NCBI RefSeq assembly: GCF_964194155.1
Contig: NC_135898.1
Coordinates: 21,018,001 to 21,082,000 of the forward strand
Direction: 5' to 3'
From: Cetorhinus maximus
Lineage: Eukaryota
DNA length: 64,000 bases
In this document: positions 12,621-25,070 of the stretch, in pieces
Layout: each line of letters opens with the position of its first letter
How positions within the stretch are numbered: position 1 is the stretch's first letter
Translations under genes and position numbers: made by a program
The notes under the pieces: model-generated
Told to the model about the DNA's origin: nothing
The model's database searches: none
Seen by the model: the letters and a program-made list of their open reading frames with translations, nothing else

Positions 12621-13218
12621 GTATGAGAGCCGTATGGATGCTGTTAGAAAGTCTGGGAGAATATAACGCTGAGCCACACGCACATACAGAGATGTCAAAG
12701 ACAGTGCAGTTCTGTCAGACTGCTTTAAAATTTTCCATTAACATTATATGGCACAAATTAAATCAATTTGGTTTATTAATTAAAGCAACAATAACTCCTT
12801 CAGACTTGAATGTTGGGTGTCTTTTATAGATGCTTTTTCTAAAGTTACAATAATATTTATCTGTGCTTTCCTGATCCTTTAACTTATTAAAGCTTCCCCA
12901 GCCTTCTGCTGTGTTAGTTTCTTCCATATAATAGGAACTCGCTCTGAGAAATGTGATGGCTGTACTCAGGAATTTATAGATGGATTGGTAAAATGGAGCC
13001 CAGTGTCAATTAGTGTATCTAATATTTGCAAAGCCCTTTTGTTGCATGCCCAGAAGTTGCGTACTGTACTGCCAGCCCTTGTGTTTGTTATACTGTGCGG
13101 TGTCTGTCAATACATGTGTAGAGACCTGATCTTGCCAGCTAGATTCTAACGTGCTTCCTTCCTCTTTGCTTCCTCTGTCCTGCTGCTTGACCCCGCCTGT
13201 GTTGGATTGCTCCGTCAG

Positions 13219-13221
13219 ATG
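13219..13221 (+). CDS. VDAC3: VDAC3 alternative 3-nt microexon (ATG, Met)
   Basis: CCGTCAG|ATG|GTAAGA; branch point TTCTAAC 13144-13150 and polypyrimidine tract; same intron as the known mammalian VDAC3 ATG mini-exon. Confidence 0.85.
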
Positions 13222-15025
13222 GTAAGATAGTGTTGCCTGAATGCATGTGCCTACCATCGTCCTTCTCTTTCCCTGTCTTCCCGACTCTGTATTTAACAAG
13301 CACAATGTCATGGATCTGAGGAGCATTTAATTGATTTGGTCTGATGTAGTGAGCTTCGTGTTTGCAGTCCTTTTCTTTCCAGCATTTTGTCACGAGGAAC
13401 TGATAGTCCCAGGATGTGGGGAATCAGGAGGAAATGGAATAAATTGGAAGCCTTCATATATTGTTCATTTGTACAGATTAGATTTTTTTAATCATCTGGG
13501 CTGTGCGTTGTTTAAAACTCTTTTTTTAAGGAGGGGAAAATATGAGGAATGAATGCTCCCTGAAAACTATTGAAACAAGACTGATCGATGGAGATGATCT
13601 GCCTTGTGAAAATGGTTGTTTCTTTTCAAGATTGAATCGCTTGTATCAGATTGCAGAATGGTTGGTTCCCCTCCTTTTGCCATGTATGTTTGTCCATGGG
13701 GCTGTTCCTTGTAGGTGTGACTGTAGGGATTCAGCTATTGTAGCTATTGTATTTGAGGCCACTGTAAGAGCTCAGTGTTGTTCTTTGTGTAGACCCTGCT
13801 GACTTCGTCATGTTCCTCATTCTGGCTTTGGGCTCTTGCCATTGACCTTTTTATTTTGTTTCTGAACAACCTGTGCAAACAGCCAAGACTCTTGGCACAA
13901 TACAGGGCTTTGGCTTAAATGTGAGAGTAATGGTCACATTGTACCATAGAGGACTAAGGCCCCGTGTTGTTCTGCAGCCTACAGTTCTCATGATAGTAGC
14001 AGTCAGTTATACTAAATTTTCTGGGATGTTTGTGCAATTTTTGAGAAACTTGTTACTTTTTTGTGAATGACACAAGCTGGGTGCTTAGAGACTAGCTGTG
14101 ATGCATCTGAAACTGCGATCTTAGTGTGGAGAATCGGTATAGATTAGAGTTCTCAGTGAGCAGAGCTTTTTGGATAAGCTACCACTAAATTCCCCCTTCT
14201 GTGAGACTATAAATGGAAAATAAATCTTAGGCTATCAAATTCCTTAATCATCTCATGCACCTCCATTTGATCAGGCTGACACCTGAAGAACAGGCGAGCT
14301 ATTGAAAGGGTGTTGGTGAGCATGGAGCTATATCTGCAGCTGGGCTGGGGAGGACTGCCATGAAGATAACCAGTAGTTTGTTCACTGTAGTTGGTTAGCA
14401 TGTTAATAATTGTTTTGTCGCAATGTTGCTCCTTTAGCATTTAATAATTGAAAAACACTGTGCAGACTTTCCTGACCTGATTCCTGTTGTGTTTTTAGCC
14501 TACATAACCTTGTTAATCATCCTCTCTGAGGAGGAGACACCCCACGTCCCGTGTCTTGACTTGCAGAAAGGTTGGTCTGCAAAGGTGAACTGAACCGAAA
14601 AGTCCGGAGAATCTGCAAAGGTCGGGATTCTTCCCGATGAGGAAGCCGAACTGCGGAAATAAAATGTTTTGTAAGCAATGACCAAGAGCGAGGAAGGAAC
14701 CTTTTAATCACAACTGCCTACACTATTCCCTGGATAGGTGACTGACTTACCAGCCCACATTGAGTCACCTCCCGAGAATATTTCCTGTTTATGTGGTCTT
14801 GCTGACTTTGGCACAACCAGACCCTGTTCTTCATTGGTGAAATGGGGAAGAAGTGTTGGATTTTGGAATGTGTTATATTTCAACGTATGAATAACGGAAC
14901 TGAAATATGGAAGATTCTTGATAAGCTGCCTCCATATTAGGTTTTGTTTTGTATTGATGGCACTGTCAAGGGGAAGGGAAGCTTTGAAAGATCGATCACA
15001 TTTCTCCGTTTGCTTTCCTTTACAG

Positions 15026-15178
15026 GAGTTTACCACCTCTGGGTCTTCAAATACTGATACAGGCAAAGCAACAGGCAGCCTGGAATCCAAGTACAAGCTG
15101 AAAGAGTATGGACTCACCTTCTCCAAGAAATGGAATACCGACAATGTTCTGGCCAGTGAGATCATCATCGAAGATCAG
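15026..15178 (+). CDS. VDAC3: VDAC3 coding exon 3 ([11 protein letters not shown]...IIIEDQ)
   Basis: 153 nt, AG/GT boundaries, KWNTDN motif. Confidence 0.95.
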
Positions 15179-16044
15179 GTGCGTGTTGCAGAAGCTGTGT
15201 ATTGTAGCCTGGCATTGGGCAGGGGCAGCAAAGGGTAGCTTCGCCGAGTTGTGTTGGAATGTTAGCCCAGCCTGTCCAATGGGAATGGTTTTGTATAGCG
15301 TACAGTGTGCAGTCTGGCAACAGTTCAACCTGAGGATGAAGTGACCAATGGACAGCTTGATCAACTTCCCTCATATTTGACATTTGGAGCTGTTCTGACT
15401 TTGTGAAGGGGAGCATTGTAGAAAGGTACAGCACTCAAAGCAGTCTGTTTACCTGTACCTCTGGATGTGAGCAATTTGTCTAATCTCACTTTCTTGCTCA
15501 CTCCCTGTACTCTTCTAAAGTTCCACTTCTCCCAAGTAGTGACCTAATTCCCAGCAATAGCTTTGATTGAAAACTCCATGACCTGTATAAAGACATTCCT
15601 TCACACTGGATGTTCACCCTATCGTCGTTATTTTAACCAGCGTTTCTTATGTCAGCTCAGTAATTGCTGACTGGATTTTAGTGATGAACCATTCACGTTG
15701 CTCACAGCAGCCTGTTCATTATGTTGCTGTTTCACTTTGGAAACTTGGCTTTAATTCCAACGCGTATCTGTGGGATTCTTGCTTCCACTGTAAGATGGGT
15801 GTTGGGGGTCCTCTTGTAAAATGAACTGCGCACTACCCCTCAGTGGCTACGGCTGCCCAACCCAAATCCTGCTGTATTCATTAGAGCTTGAAACCTAGAT
15901 GAAACCCCAAGCTACAAGGACACCTGGTGTGGGAAATGGAAAAAATCTACCCTGGTACAATTCCCTCCTGCATACTGTTGAAGCAGAGTAAGGGGGAGTT
16001 TTACTGTATCTAACCCGTGGTAGTGCTTAATCATTCATTGCATG

Positions 16045-16355
16045 GTGTATAGCATAGGAATATAAGAAGTAGGAGCAGGAGTAGGCCATTTGGCTGTTGG
16101 GCCTGCCCATTCAGACAGATCATGGCTGATCGTCTACCTCTATGCCATTTTTCCCCACTATCCCCATATTCCTTGATGTGATTTGTATCCAGAAATCCTT
16201 CAATTTCTGTCTTGAAGATGCTCAATGACTAAGCTTCCACAGTCCTCTGGGATAGAGAAATCCAAAGATTCACCATCCCAAGTGAAGAAATCCTTCCTCG
16301 TCCCAGCCTTTAATGGCCTGTCCCTTATTCTAAGACTGTGTTTTGTAGTTCTAAT
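16045..16355 (-). mobile_element. CR1 LINE 3' fragment
   Basis: SIFKTEIEGFLD motif and CR1-type tail. Confidence 0.75.
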
Positions 16356-16809
16356 GGGGCAATGTTGGAGAAGTTTTACTCCATATCTATGCTGTGCCTT
16401 ATCCTGGAGAGCTGAGCACTGACACTAAATGCCAAATGCTGTGCTGCTGGAGGGTTGGGGCTGTTGCCTTTGCACTGTGGGATGGACGGCCCGGTATCTG
16501 GAACTCTGCCTGGCAGTGCAACAGCTCCAGCATGGCAATAATGGAAATGGGGATGGTCTGAACGTACTGCTTTAGTTTTGGTCAGATTTTGACGTGTATT
16601 GATGTTACGTTGTTGTAAAATACTGTTGAAGCGTTGGTCATACAGGGAGTGCAGTATTGCTGTTTTCGTGGAGTCTGGTGGGAACCTGGATCTGTTTTTG
16701 CTGAGGGTGGTACGGTTGCAATGTTGTAATTTTAATGTTGGCAGAGAGTGAGAGCATGTTGAACTTTACTGGCTGGGGTTTAGGAAGGGAATCCTGTAAG
16801 AAAAAAGAA

Positions 16810-17110
16810 CAGACTTCCATTTCTTTAGAATTGTTCACAACCTCTTTGCAGCCAGTGAAATACTTCTGAAGTGTAGGAAACACAGCGGTGATATAGTACA
16901 CAGCAAGCTCCCAGAATATAAATAACCAGATCATCTGCTTTTGGTGCTATTGGGTGAGGGACAACACCACGAGAACTCTCCTGCTCCTCTTTGAAGTGCC
17001 ATGGGATCATTTACATCCACCTGGGCAGACAGAGTGCTTATGTCTCTGATTTGAGCCTTGGGAACACAAGTTTAAACTCAGAAGCGAGAGTGCAATCCAC
17101 TGAGCCAGCG
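16810..17110 (-). mobile_element. Deu-domain SINE (SacSINE/AmnSINE-like); related copies at ~19280-19580, 32290-32500, 46570-46960, 60190-60370
   Basis: Shared CCCTGCTCTTCTT..GTGCCATGGGATC..TACATCCACCTG block and an L2-like tail. Confidence 0.6.
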
Positions 17111-17293
17111 CTGCTATACGAATTGGCGAGCTTTTACGATTAAGTGCCTTGGAGATGGCAAAAGGTTATCCCAGTACAAATGTTTCACATCAGATCTATT
17201 TGATAAATATTGTTTGAAGGTAGTGTGTGTTTATATAGTTAAAACACAGCACATAAAAAGCACTAACCTTCCTTTGGTCTGCTTTTCGCACAG

Positions 17294-17346
17294 CTTGCTA
17301 AAGGACTGAAGCTGACTTTCGACACAACATTTGTACCAAATACAGG
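17294..17346 (+). CDS. VDAC3: VDAC3 coding exon 4 (LAKGLKLTFDTTFVPNTG)
   Basis: 53 nt, GLKLT motif, AG/GT boundaries. Confidence 0.95.
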
Positions 17347-17649
17347 GTAAGGTTTTTTGTTTTGCCTGTGATGAGCACAAGTTTTGAGCAGTCCGCCCAA
17401 TGCTTCAAGCTGTTGTGTGTGCAAGCTGGCTAGCTTCAATGAGTAATATTGTACACTGCTCAAGGGACACTGTTGCTTGTATAAATTCCCTGGAGGAGGC
17501 AGAAGTAAGACGGGGAGTGGAGGAGAGCTTGTGACAGGGTGGAAAATTAAACTGATGTTGCTGGATGAGAGAGACTGATCCAGTGTGGCTGGTATGACGT
17601 TTAGGTGATGCTTCTGTTGGGAATTTGCCTTTTACCAAGTATGATGGCA

Positions 17650-18225
17650 AGTATTTATGTAGCGCCTTTAACATAATGAAATGTCCCAAGGCACTTCATA
17701 GGAGCATTATAAAACAAAGTATGACACCGAGCCACACAAGGAAATATTAAGTCAGATGACTAAAAGCTTGGTCAAAGATAGATTTTTAAGGAGCATCTTA
17801 GAGGAAAGCGGAGGAGTTACAATTGGTAATTCATTAGAGACCAGAATTAGAGGAGCCCAAATATCTCGGAGGTTGTAGGGTTGGAGGAGCTTCCAGAGAT
17901 GGGATGGGCAAGACCATGGAGGGATTTAAAGACGAGAATGAGAATTTTTAGGTCAAGTGGTTGCCTGACCAGGAGCCAGTGTAGGTCAGCGAGCATAGGG
18001 GTGATGAAGGAATGGGACTTGATGCGAGTTAAGGCACTGACAGCAGAGTTTGGATGACCACAAGTGTACGGAGCATAGAATGTGGGAGACCAGCCAGGGG
18101 TGCGTTGGAATAGTCGAGCCTATCAGTAACGAAGGTACGGATGAGGATTTCAGCAGCAGATGAGCTGAGGCAGGGTGAGGTTGAGCAATGTTATGGAGGT
18201 GTAAATAAGCGGTCTTAGAGATGAA
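17650..18225 (-). mobile_element. L2 LINE 3' fragment
   Basis: Similar to 24590-25070, which encodes the L2 motif SRLDYS. Confidence 0.7.
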
Positions 18226-19009
18226 TGAACAATCCCCAGCTCTGCTGCAACAGTAAGTACAGGTGAAGATTGGCCCTTGTTTGACTTTAATTCAGTATCT
18301 TAGCTCCAGTGAGACTGCTGTGTAGAGACTGATTAGTCGTGATTTTAGCTGTTGTGAAGTCATTGATGGCTCCTAATAGCTTTTTACCATAATGCAGAGA
18401 TTGTAACAATTTAATGTATAGCTTTAAGATCACAGAAGCTGAAGTAGCAGCCAAATTGGATTCAAGTAGAAAACAGGCAGAACGGAAGGAAATCTGTACA
18501 CATTCTTGACCAACTGATTGTTTCTTTAAGGGCAGGCCAGAGAATGACAGAACCTCCTCGGGGGGGAGAGAGCACAATTCAGAGGTTCCCCTTAAGTGGC
18601 TAGATTCTCAGCATCACTGTTGATTTTGTGGTTTAAGGGAGCTGTGTGTGGAAGTGGTGTAATTGTGGGATTTTTAGCAGCAGTTGGTGCAACATGTTAA
18701 GAGGATAAGGAAGGAGGTGCCTGTCCAGTGACCCTGACCTTGTGAGTAAGTGCGTGTTTGTGTGGGATTGGTGCAAGAATAGGATCAGACTGGGCTCTGA
18801 TGCCCTTCTGTAATTGGTGAGCCAGCTGACACTGTACCTGTGCTTGATGAATGGGCACTTTGGGCCAGGTAGTGACAATATCTGTGGCATTGTACTTCAG
18901 CAAAGAGTCAGAGCCTTGTTCAGGAGTTGAGGAGCAGTGCTATCTCCACACTATTACACACGCACTGTAAAAATAACGTTTTGGACACGTGTGCTTTGTC
19001 TGCCCGCAG

Positions 19010-19237
19010 CAAGAGGAGTGGAAAGCTGAAGACTGCCTACAAGCGAGATTATGTTAACTTGGGCTGTGATATTGATTTTGACTTTGCTGGCCCCACCATC
19101 CACGGCATGGCTGTATTGGGCTACGAGGGCTGGCTCGTCGGGCACCAGATAGCCTTTGACACCGCCAAATCCAAGCTGGCACAGAACAACTTCTCTCTGG
19201 GCTACAAGGCCGGGGATTTCCAGCTGCACACTCATGT
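19010..19237 (+). CDS. VDAC3: VDAC3 coding exon 5 (KRSGKLK...FQLHTHV)
   Basis: 228 nt; SGKLK and LHTHV are VDAC3-type (VDAC1/2 have LHTNV). Confidence 0.95.
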
Positions 19238-19897
19238 GTAAGTACATCAGTGAAGAGGGCAGCTAATGTTAAAAGAAAGTCTTGCATTTATATAGAAGTT
19301 TTCACAACCACCGGATGTCCCAACATGCTTCACAGTTAAGTACTTTCTGAAGTGCAGCCATGTTGAAACATAATCTGTTTTTTGCGATGTTGATTGAGAG
19401 ATAAATGTTGGCCAGGGCACCAGGAATAACTCTCCTCTTTGAAATATTGCCATGGGAATTTTTACATCTACCTGTCCTCTCTCTCCCTTCGTGCTGCACT
19501 GGAGTGGTAGCCTTGATTTTTGTGGGACTTGAACCTAGAATCTTGTGACTTGGAGGTGAGAGTGTTACTGAGCCACAGCAATGCTGTTGAAGGATAGCCT
19601 CGCTTCTTAGCCTCTTTACCAGTGAGAACACGTGCAGTTTTAATAATCACTCTTAATCTAATCCTCTCAATAATTCTGTGTCCTTTCTTCTGTATCCTTT
19701 CAACATTTTGTGATAACTATAACCGTACACAGTATTCCAGGTCTGTCGCACCAATGATTTTAGGGTGATTGTAGATGATAGTGAGTTAATATCGGGAGGC
19801 TGTTGTATTGTTGAATCTGTGGAGAGCTTGTTCTTCAGTGGTTACTAGTTTATTGGACAGTACTCCATTCAAATTCCCTTTCTCGCTTATCTTCCAG

Positions 19898-20048
19898 TAA
19901 TGACGGTGCTGAGTTCGGAGGCTCGATTTATCAGAAGGTGAACGACAAGGTAGAAACGGCCGTGAACCTGGCTTGGACTGCCGGTAGTAACAACACTCGC
20001 TTTGGGATCGCTGCCAAGTACCAGATCGACAGTGACACCTACGTATCC
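19898..20048 (+). CDS. VDAC3: VDAC3 coding exon 6 ([14 protein letters not shown]...DTYVS)
   Basis: 151 nt, AG/GT boundaries. Confidence 0.95.
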
Positions 20049-21392
20049 GTGAGTAACGTCCTTGCTGTGCTTTGGTCGAACATCCACACAAAAAAAAAAC
20101 GATTGAAAAGGACAGGACTAATTCTAACTAAAGTGGAAGTTCCATGAAGAGAGATGAGAGCGAGTTGAAGCGGAAAAAGTTAGCAAAGCTACTGGGAAAG
20201 AATGGGTGAAATGGGATTAATTGAATGACTGGTTCAAAAAGGCTGCATGGGGATGATGGGCCAAATGGCCTCCTGCTGTAAAATTCTGAGATTGAATGAT
20301 TCTGATTTGAATAGTTTGTGAAAAGAATGCCTGAGGAAGCATGCAATATTAAATGGTGTGTGCAAAGTAAATGAAAAGTGGGATCAGAGGAAACAAAAAT
20401 TGTGGAAAAGAAATGAAGTTCGGCATATTTCAAACTAACCGGCACAAACGTTCAGTTATTCAGCCTGATTCGCTGATGGGGGCGAGACGTGATCTGTCAA
20501 CAGATGCTTTTTAAAAAGATTGGGAATGTGACTTTTATTGAGTCTGCATAGTACCTTTTGTCTTCATAACTGAGCACCTGAGGTGGGGGACCAGGGCTGG
20601 GGCTGACACTCATCGAAATGTAAAGGACCATTGCGTGTACAAATGCTGTGGCTGTGAATTGGATGCTGGGCTTGTGATGCAATAACTAAGTATAACCAAG
20701 CAGAGTCAGATACCTCAGCACATCTCAAACGCCTTAGGTAAGTATAGGGAACCTGGTTATTGCAGGTGAGCTGGGCAACCATTTTGTGATTAAAACCTTA
20801 ATGACGGCACCTACCTCATCCAAGGAATGACGCCTGCAAAACCGTGCAGTGCTGCCTTGGTGCAGTAGCGATGGGATTATGCTGCCCTCAGGATGTGGAG
20901 CTGAAACTGCAACCTCCTGACTTGAAGTCAGGCTAAGCCAAGCTGACACAGTAAGCTGATTGATCTGGCCGTAGTGAGCTGGTGGTGCCATTTCCCTGTT
21001 TTAGATGTCTGGGTGGTGGAGACACGGCAAGAAAATTTAATCGTCTCAAGCTTCTGGGAAAGATTGAATTGGAGGCGACACTCAGGATATAGGGAGGATG
21101 AGGAGCTTCAAGGAACTGCCTCAGCATTATAAACAGTAATGATGGCTTCTTGTTAAAAACGAGACTGTAGTGAATGGAATGAGCTGTACGTGCCCACCAC
21201 TGAGCTCTGAGGGAGATCCAAGTCAGTACAGTGACAGATTGTCGTTTCGTCACTCGCTGATCTTCAGCTGAGGGGCTGAGAGATAAGTAAAGATTTGGGA
21301 AACTGGTTTGTTGAAGGGAGTTCCCTTCTTGATGTTACTGAGACATGGGACCATTTGCCTATTGGTTTATACTTATGCTTGCTCTGTTCTAG

Positions 21393-21450
21393 GCCAAGGT
21401 GAATAACTCCAGCCTGATCGGACTAGGATACACTCATACCCTCAGACCAG
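21393..21450 (+). CDS. VDAC3: VDAC3 coding exon 7 (AKVNNSSLIGLGYTHTLRP)
   Basis: 58 nt, AG/GT boundaries. Confidence 0.95.
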
Positions 21451-22222
21451 GTGTGTATGGAAGTGCCTCTTAGATTCCCAATGCTTTAAAATGCCCCTCA
21501 TTGATAATGCAGCTCTGCTTTCTGCTCTGGCCTCACTTTGCTACAGTGATGGCTCACATTGTACTCACAGTAAGTTCTCTAATGTTTTGGAAGAAAGGTG
21601 GAGTGTGTACTTCTCTCTCCCTGACTTCCCTTGTACCTTTCCCATTCAGTCCTTTCCTGATGCTACCTTTGGACACTGGGAGCTACCCTCAAATATCTTG
21701 GCAAGAGGCCAAGCCTGTCCTCCTCTAACGGTGTTGCAACAAACCCCTTATCTCTTTCTGGAAGGAGTAAGTGATACCTCCCAACCTGCTGCTCAGCACA
21801 GGCTGTCGAGGCTAGTGGAAAGTCACTGCTGTGATGCTTGCAATCAGCTGACTCTACATCGACCTGTGATGGAACCTGGCGAGAGAATAGTTTGAGGAAT
21901 ACAGTTAAAAGCATGTATAGATGGGATTGAGATCTGTTAAAGTGAGGGGCTTGTTGGAATTAATGCCTTTTCCTACAGTGTGCTGTTTACAGGCCAAGGT
22001 CCTAGGACGGCAACTGTTAAATGCACAACATTATTTCCAAAAAGGGATGCTTTCTGTGGTTGCCTGGAGTGATCATTACAGAAAGGAGGGGTGTGTTTGT
22101 GTTTGTTTGTATAGGGGAGCACGTGGCAGCCCCCAAAGAATGACCGGCACAGAAAGTGCTCCATGTGTATGTTCGGGTTAACAGCCCACTTGGCTCTCAC
22201 ACATTCACTCTCTCTTACATAG

Positions 22223-22314
22223 GTGTGAAGTTGACACTGTCTGGACTGATTGACGGGAAGAATTTCCACGCTGGGGGGCACAAGGTTGGCATGGGCTTCG
22301 AGCTCGAAGCTTAG
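22223..22314 (+). CDS. VDAC3: VDAC3 last coding exon (GVKLTLS...[13 protein letters not shown])
   Basis: 92 nt; exons sum to 852 nt = 283 aa + stop; C-terminal GFELEA is VDAC3-type. Confidence 0.95.
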
Positions 22315-22703
22315 TAGTGCGGAAGGAATGGTAACGACTTTTGGGTTAGCTGCTAAAATACAAAATGGTGAAAATAAAATGCCCCCATTCCTCCAGGACA
22401 AGGCACTGAAGAATCTTGAGAATATTTGGCCTTAAATTTCTGGATCCTAATTGTGTCAGCCTCTCCTGCTGGGAGATTGCAAGCTTGGATCTCAGTCCTC
22501 GGTACTGGATTGGTTTCCCAGTCAACACTACATGGAAGTTGTCTCATTGCCAGGTGTTAATGTTCTAAATTATTTCCTGAAAAACCAAGCTTTAAATCAT
22601 GTATAACAATCACACGTTTAAATTTCTTTTCTGTGTGACTGCATGTGGTAGAGACTTTCGTTGCCATTTTTAAATCACTTCACTGTATCAAACATCTCAA
22701 GAA

Positions 22704-22709
22704 AATAAA
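22704..22709 (+). terminator. Probable VDAC3 polyadenylation signal (a proximal AATAAA also lies at 22373-22378)
   Basis: AATAAA ~390 nt after the stop, followed by a GT-rich tract. Confidence 0.6.
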
Positions 22710-24589
22710 AGGAAATGATTGAGTTTATGTCTGTTGTCACGCTGATGGAGAGTCCGCTGCGTCTTTACGCATTACGCTGTCTTGGCACTGCCTCCATTCA
22801 GCAATGGTTACACACTTTGCAACACCCATCAATAGCAAGAATTATATTGGAGGAATTGCCTGTGTGCTGCTCACTGCAGCTGGTTTCACCAGCTACCAGC
22901 AGAGGCCCCCCCTACTCCCATCATCAGCTATCAGCAGGATGGTGCTCAACTTATTCTTACAGCTGGTTTCAACATCACTGACTTGTGCATTCCACTATCC
23001 CCCCCCAATCTGCTGCCAGACTTGGTTTCAAATAATGGGTAGGTCTTAGTCTGTGCCTCTGTTGCCAAATCAGGATGCCAGCGCAACATAAGGGACCAAT
23101 AGAGTGGTGCAATAGAGGAGGTCACCAACTATTGCCGGTTGTTGCTGCTTTGAAGAGTTACTTCTATATTCCACAGTGAGGAATGCAGGAAATAACAGCT
23201 GAGACCTAAGCAGGGACGTTTGGAGCCACTTGAGCAAAGATGAATTCCAAAGAGAGATTTATCCCAGAGCCCAGGTCAGAGCCAAAGCACAACAGTTCCG
23301 ACACACTGCACTATGCACCTCCTCTACTCAAAGCAGAATGGTTGTCTTTTCCTACTTCTGACGTGTTCCCCTGAGGTTTTTGGGGTGTATTGTGTGGCAC
23401 TATCACCGTGCTAAATGTTATAAATTCAGAACAGATGTAGCTGCTCGAAACTGGGCAACCCTGGGTTCCTATAGGCTGTCAGCAGCAGTAGAATTGTCTG
23501 TGAACCTTGACCTGCGAACTCGGGACCCAGCATTACCATCTACCTCATCTACAGCCCTGTGGGGTAGAGTCTTCCTGAGATTCACAACATTGAGTGACCA
23601 ATGCTTTTGTGAAATGCCTAACAGTGACCGTGTTGTCCTCTTTCTTTGCATGCTAGCCTCCTTCTGGCTTCACACAGAATAAGCTTCCCTATGATATGTC
23701 AGACCCTGGAGAAAACACCAAGCGCTGATCACGAGGCCCCGAGTAGAGAGATTTCATGAGTCCTTCCAGTCTGTTACTCACTAAACTTTATTCATCAGTG
23801 AGTCTTGAATCCTTTGTTATTTACCTTGCAGACAGCCGACATTGGCCGAATGGCCGCCTCCTGTGTCGTAACCATTCTATGATTCTATCTCATTTAACAA
23901 ACTATCCTCTGTTTTTAATATATTTTAGATAGCAATTAAATACAGAACATAATTGCAGACTGTGTAATCACAATTTCTCCAGCCTCACACTCAACAAACC
24001 TGCCATTCGCTGCATCATGCTACCTGTTGTCTGCACCAGGAACGAAGGTCAGATCAGGAAGGTGTGGAGCAGAGACAGTGCTGGACAGAAATGAGGAATT
24101 CACTGGTAAGGGACAGAGAGAGAGTGTTGTACTTTGGCCGGTACACAGTTGTGTGTAAGGGCTGATGGTCAGAGCTACTGTAAGGAGACAGAGAGCCTTC
24201 ATGTCCACTTCTTAGTTATGCATACTTGACGCTAGAAACTAAATATGGCTCGTTGTGGGAAAGGGCATTTAGTGCTGCTAGCGTAAAAGGCTTTATTCAC
24301 TTAAGCTAATGCTATCTTTCTTCAGTAATGTCTGTTCCAAGGTGTTTAAACGTGTAGTATCTGCTTGTCCTACCATTCTTGCACTCACTCCTGTCTCAGA
24401 GTCAAGTAGAGTGACAGGTGTGCATCAGTACCTTGAATTTATAAAGCGGCTGTAAAGGTGCTTCACGGGAGTGTCATCAAACATAATTTGTCACCAAACT
24501 ACAAGACAACTGTACGCTTCAGAAGGTAATTGGCTGTAAAGTGCATTGGGACATCCTGAGATTAAGAAAGGTGCTTTATAAATGCAAGT

Positions 24590-25070
24590 TTTTCCATTAA
24601 GGAGATATTAGGACAGGTGCCCAAAAGCTTGGATGTGGGGGTAGATTTTAAGGAGGGCCTTAAAGAGGCAGTTCCAGAACTTAGGGTCTAGACAGCTGAA
24701 GGCACGGGTACCACAAAGAAACTGCAGGACCAGAGGCAAGAATTAGAGGAGCGCAGCTATCTCATAGGGTTGTTAGGTCAGTGGAGGTTACAGAGCATGG
24801 GAGGGTTGAGACTGTGGAGGGATTTTCACATGAGGTTGACTCTTAAAATTAAAGTATTGCCAGACCAGAAGCCAACAAAGGTCTGTAAGATCAGGGTTGA
24901 CGGGGGAATGGGACTTGGTGTGAGTTTGGAGATGTGAACAACAGAGCTTTGGATGAGCTGAAGTTTATGGAGGATATAAGATATAAGCCAGGAGAGCGTT
25001 GAATAGTCAAGTCTAGAGGTAGCAAAAGTGTGGGTGAGGGTTTCAATAGCTGATGAATACAAAGCATTTC
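24590..25070 (-). mobile_element. L2 LINE 3' fragment
   Basis: ETLTHTFATSRLDYS...LHKLQLIQ resembles the L2 ORF2 C-terminus. Confidence 0.8.

Noticed and set aside
14630-14660. CCGATGA-GG-AAG-CC-GAAC hammerhead-like string
   Set aside because: Two core mismatches and only a 2-bp stem; compatible with chance.
21985-22055. TTACAG|GCCAAGGT resembling a duplicate of VDAC3 coding exon 7
   Set aside because: Similarity ends after AKV and there is no GT donor at the expected 58 nt.
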